The position numbers and the translations under genes were made by a program. The notes under the pieces were generated by a model. It saw only the letters and a list, made by a program, of their open reading frames with translations, was not told the DNA's origin and searched no databases. Of a stretch of 6,611 nt of DNA, positions 6,177-6,611 are shown piece by piece (within the stretch, counting starts at the first letter, position 1; each line of letters begins with the position of its first letter). The DNA is from a virus (taxonomy: Duplodnaviria > Heunggongvirae > Uroviricota > Caudoviricetes), in IMG/VR virus record IMGVR_UViG_2619619131_000010; one strand, 5' to 3'.

Positions 6177-6452
6177 GTGGCTTCTGTTTCTATCAGCTGT
6201 CCCTCCTGTTCAGCTACTGACGGGGTGGTGCGTAACGGCAAAAGCACCGCCGGACATCAGCGCTATCTCTGCTCTCACTGCCGTAAAACATGGCAACTGC
6301 AGTTCACTTACACCGCTTCTCAACCCGGTACGCACCAGAAAATCATTGATATGGCCATGAATGGCGTTGGATGCCGGGCAACTGCCCGCATTATCGGCGT
6401 TGGCCTCAACACGATTTTACGTCACTTAAAAAACTCAGGCCGCAGTCGGTAA
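6177..6452 (+). CDS. insA: IS1 InsA (transposition repressor, 91 aa)
   Basis: [51 protein letters not shown]... is the canonical InsA sequence; GTG start. Confidence 0.95.
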   Translation: MASVSISCPSCSATDGVVRNGKSTAGHQRYLCSHCRKTWQLQFTYTASQPGTHQKIIDMAMNGVGCRATARIIGVGLNTILRHLKNSGRSR

Positions 6453-6611
6453 CCTCGCGCATACAGCCGGGCAGTGACGTCATCGTCTGCGCGGAAATGG
6501 ACGAACAGTGGGGCTATGTCGGGGCTAAATCGCGCCAGCGCTGGCTGTTTTACGCGTATGACAGGCTCCGGAAGACGGTTGTTGCGCACGTATTCGGTGA
6601 ACGCACTATGG
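6371..6611 (+). CDS. insB: IS1 InsB (transposase catalytic part, made as the InsAB' fusion by -1 frameshift), partial, 3' end outside the window
   Basis: Frame beginning atgccgggcaactgcccgc encodes MPGNSPHY...[33 protein letters not shown]..., recognisable as InsB. Confidence 0.9.
   Translation, partial: MPGNCPHYRRWPQHDFTSLKKLRPQSVTSRIQPGSDVIVCAEMDEQWGYVGAKSRQRWLFYAYDRLRKTVVAHVFGERTM

Larger units (their letters stand above)
6122..6611 (+). mobile_element. IS1 insertion sequence, left end and first ~490 bp (element continues past the window end)
   Basis: Left terminal inverted repeat GGTGATGCTGCCAACTTACTGAT at 6122, followed by insA and the start of insB. A6C frameshift motif at 6428-6434. 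Confidence 0.95.

Overview
This window reads as the immunity/early region of a Rac-like lambdoid (probably cryptic) prophage of Escherichia/Shigella, cut at the right end by an IS1 copy. All protein identifications are from reading the translations and from memory of the families; no database search was run. Layout: a repressor (racR-like, minus strand) sits between two near-consensus divergent sigma70 promoters that share an exact 21-23 bp operator element. The rightward operon is ydaS-like (Cro-type HTH), ydaT-like, a ~320-aa replication initiator with a 15-bp-periodic iteron array inside its coding sequence, and a 140-aa HTH-like protein. The leftward operon is a small DUF1391/YdaF-like gene, a translationally linked unknown ~106-110-aa gene, two small coupled genes (62 and 63 aa), and the 5' part of a large ORF (at least 401 codons, runs off the window at position 1) that may be a RecE/exonuclease VIII-family gene. 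The most interesting candidate for something undescribed is an AT-rich two-gene insert at 2235-2820 (a 91-aa plus-strand gene converging on and overlapping the 110-aa minus-strand gene) in the PL-proximal slot where lambdoid phages carry exclusion and anti-defence morons; I recognise neither protein. A 450-bp structured, GC-rich non-coding stretch (1780-2234) is a second unexplained element.
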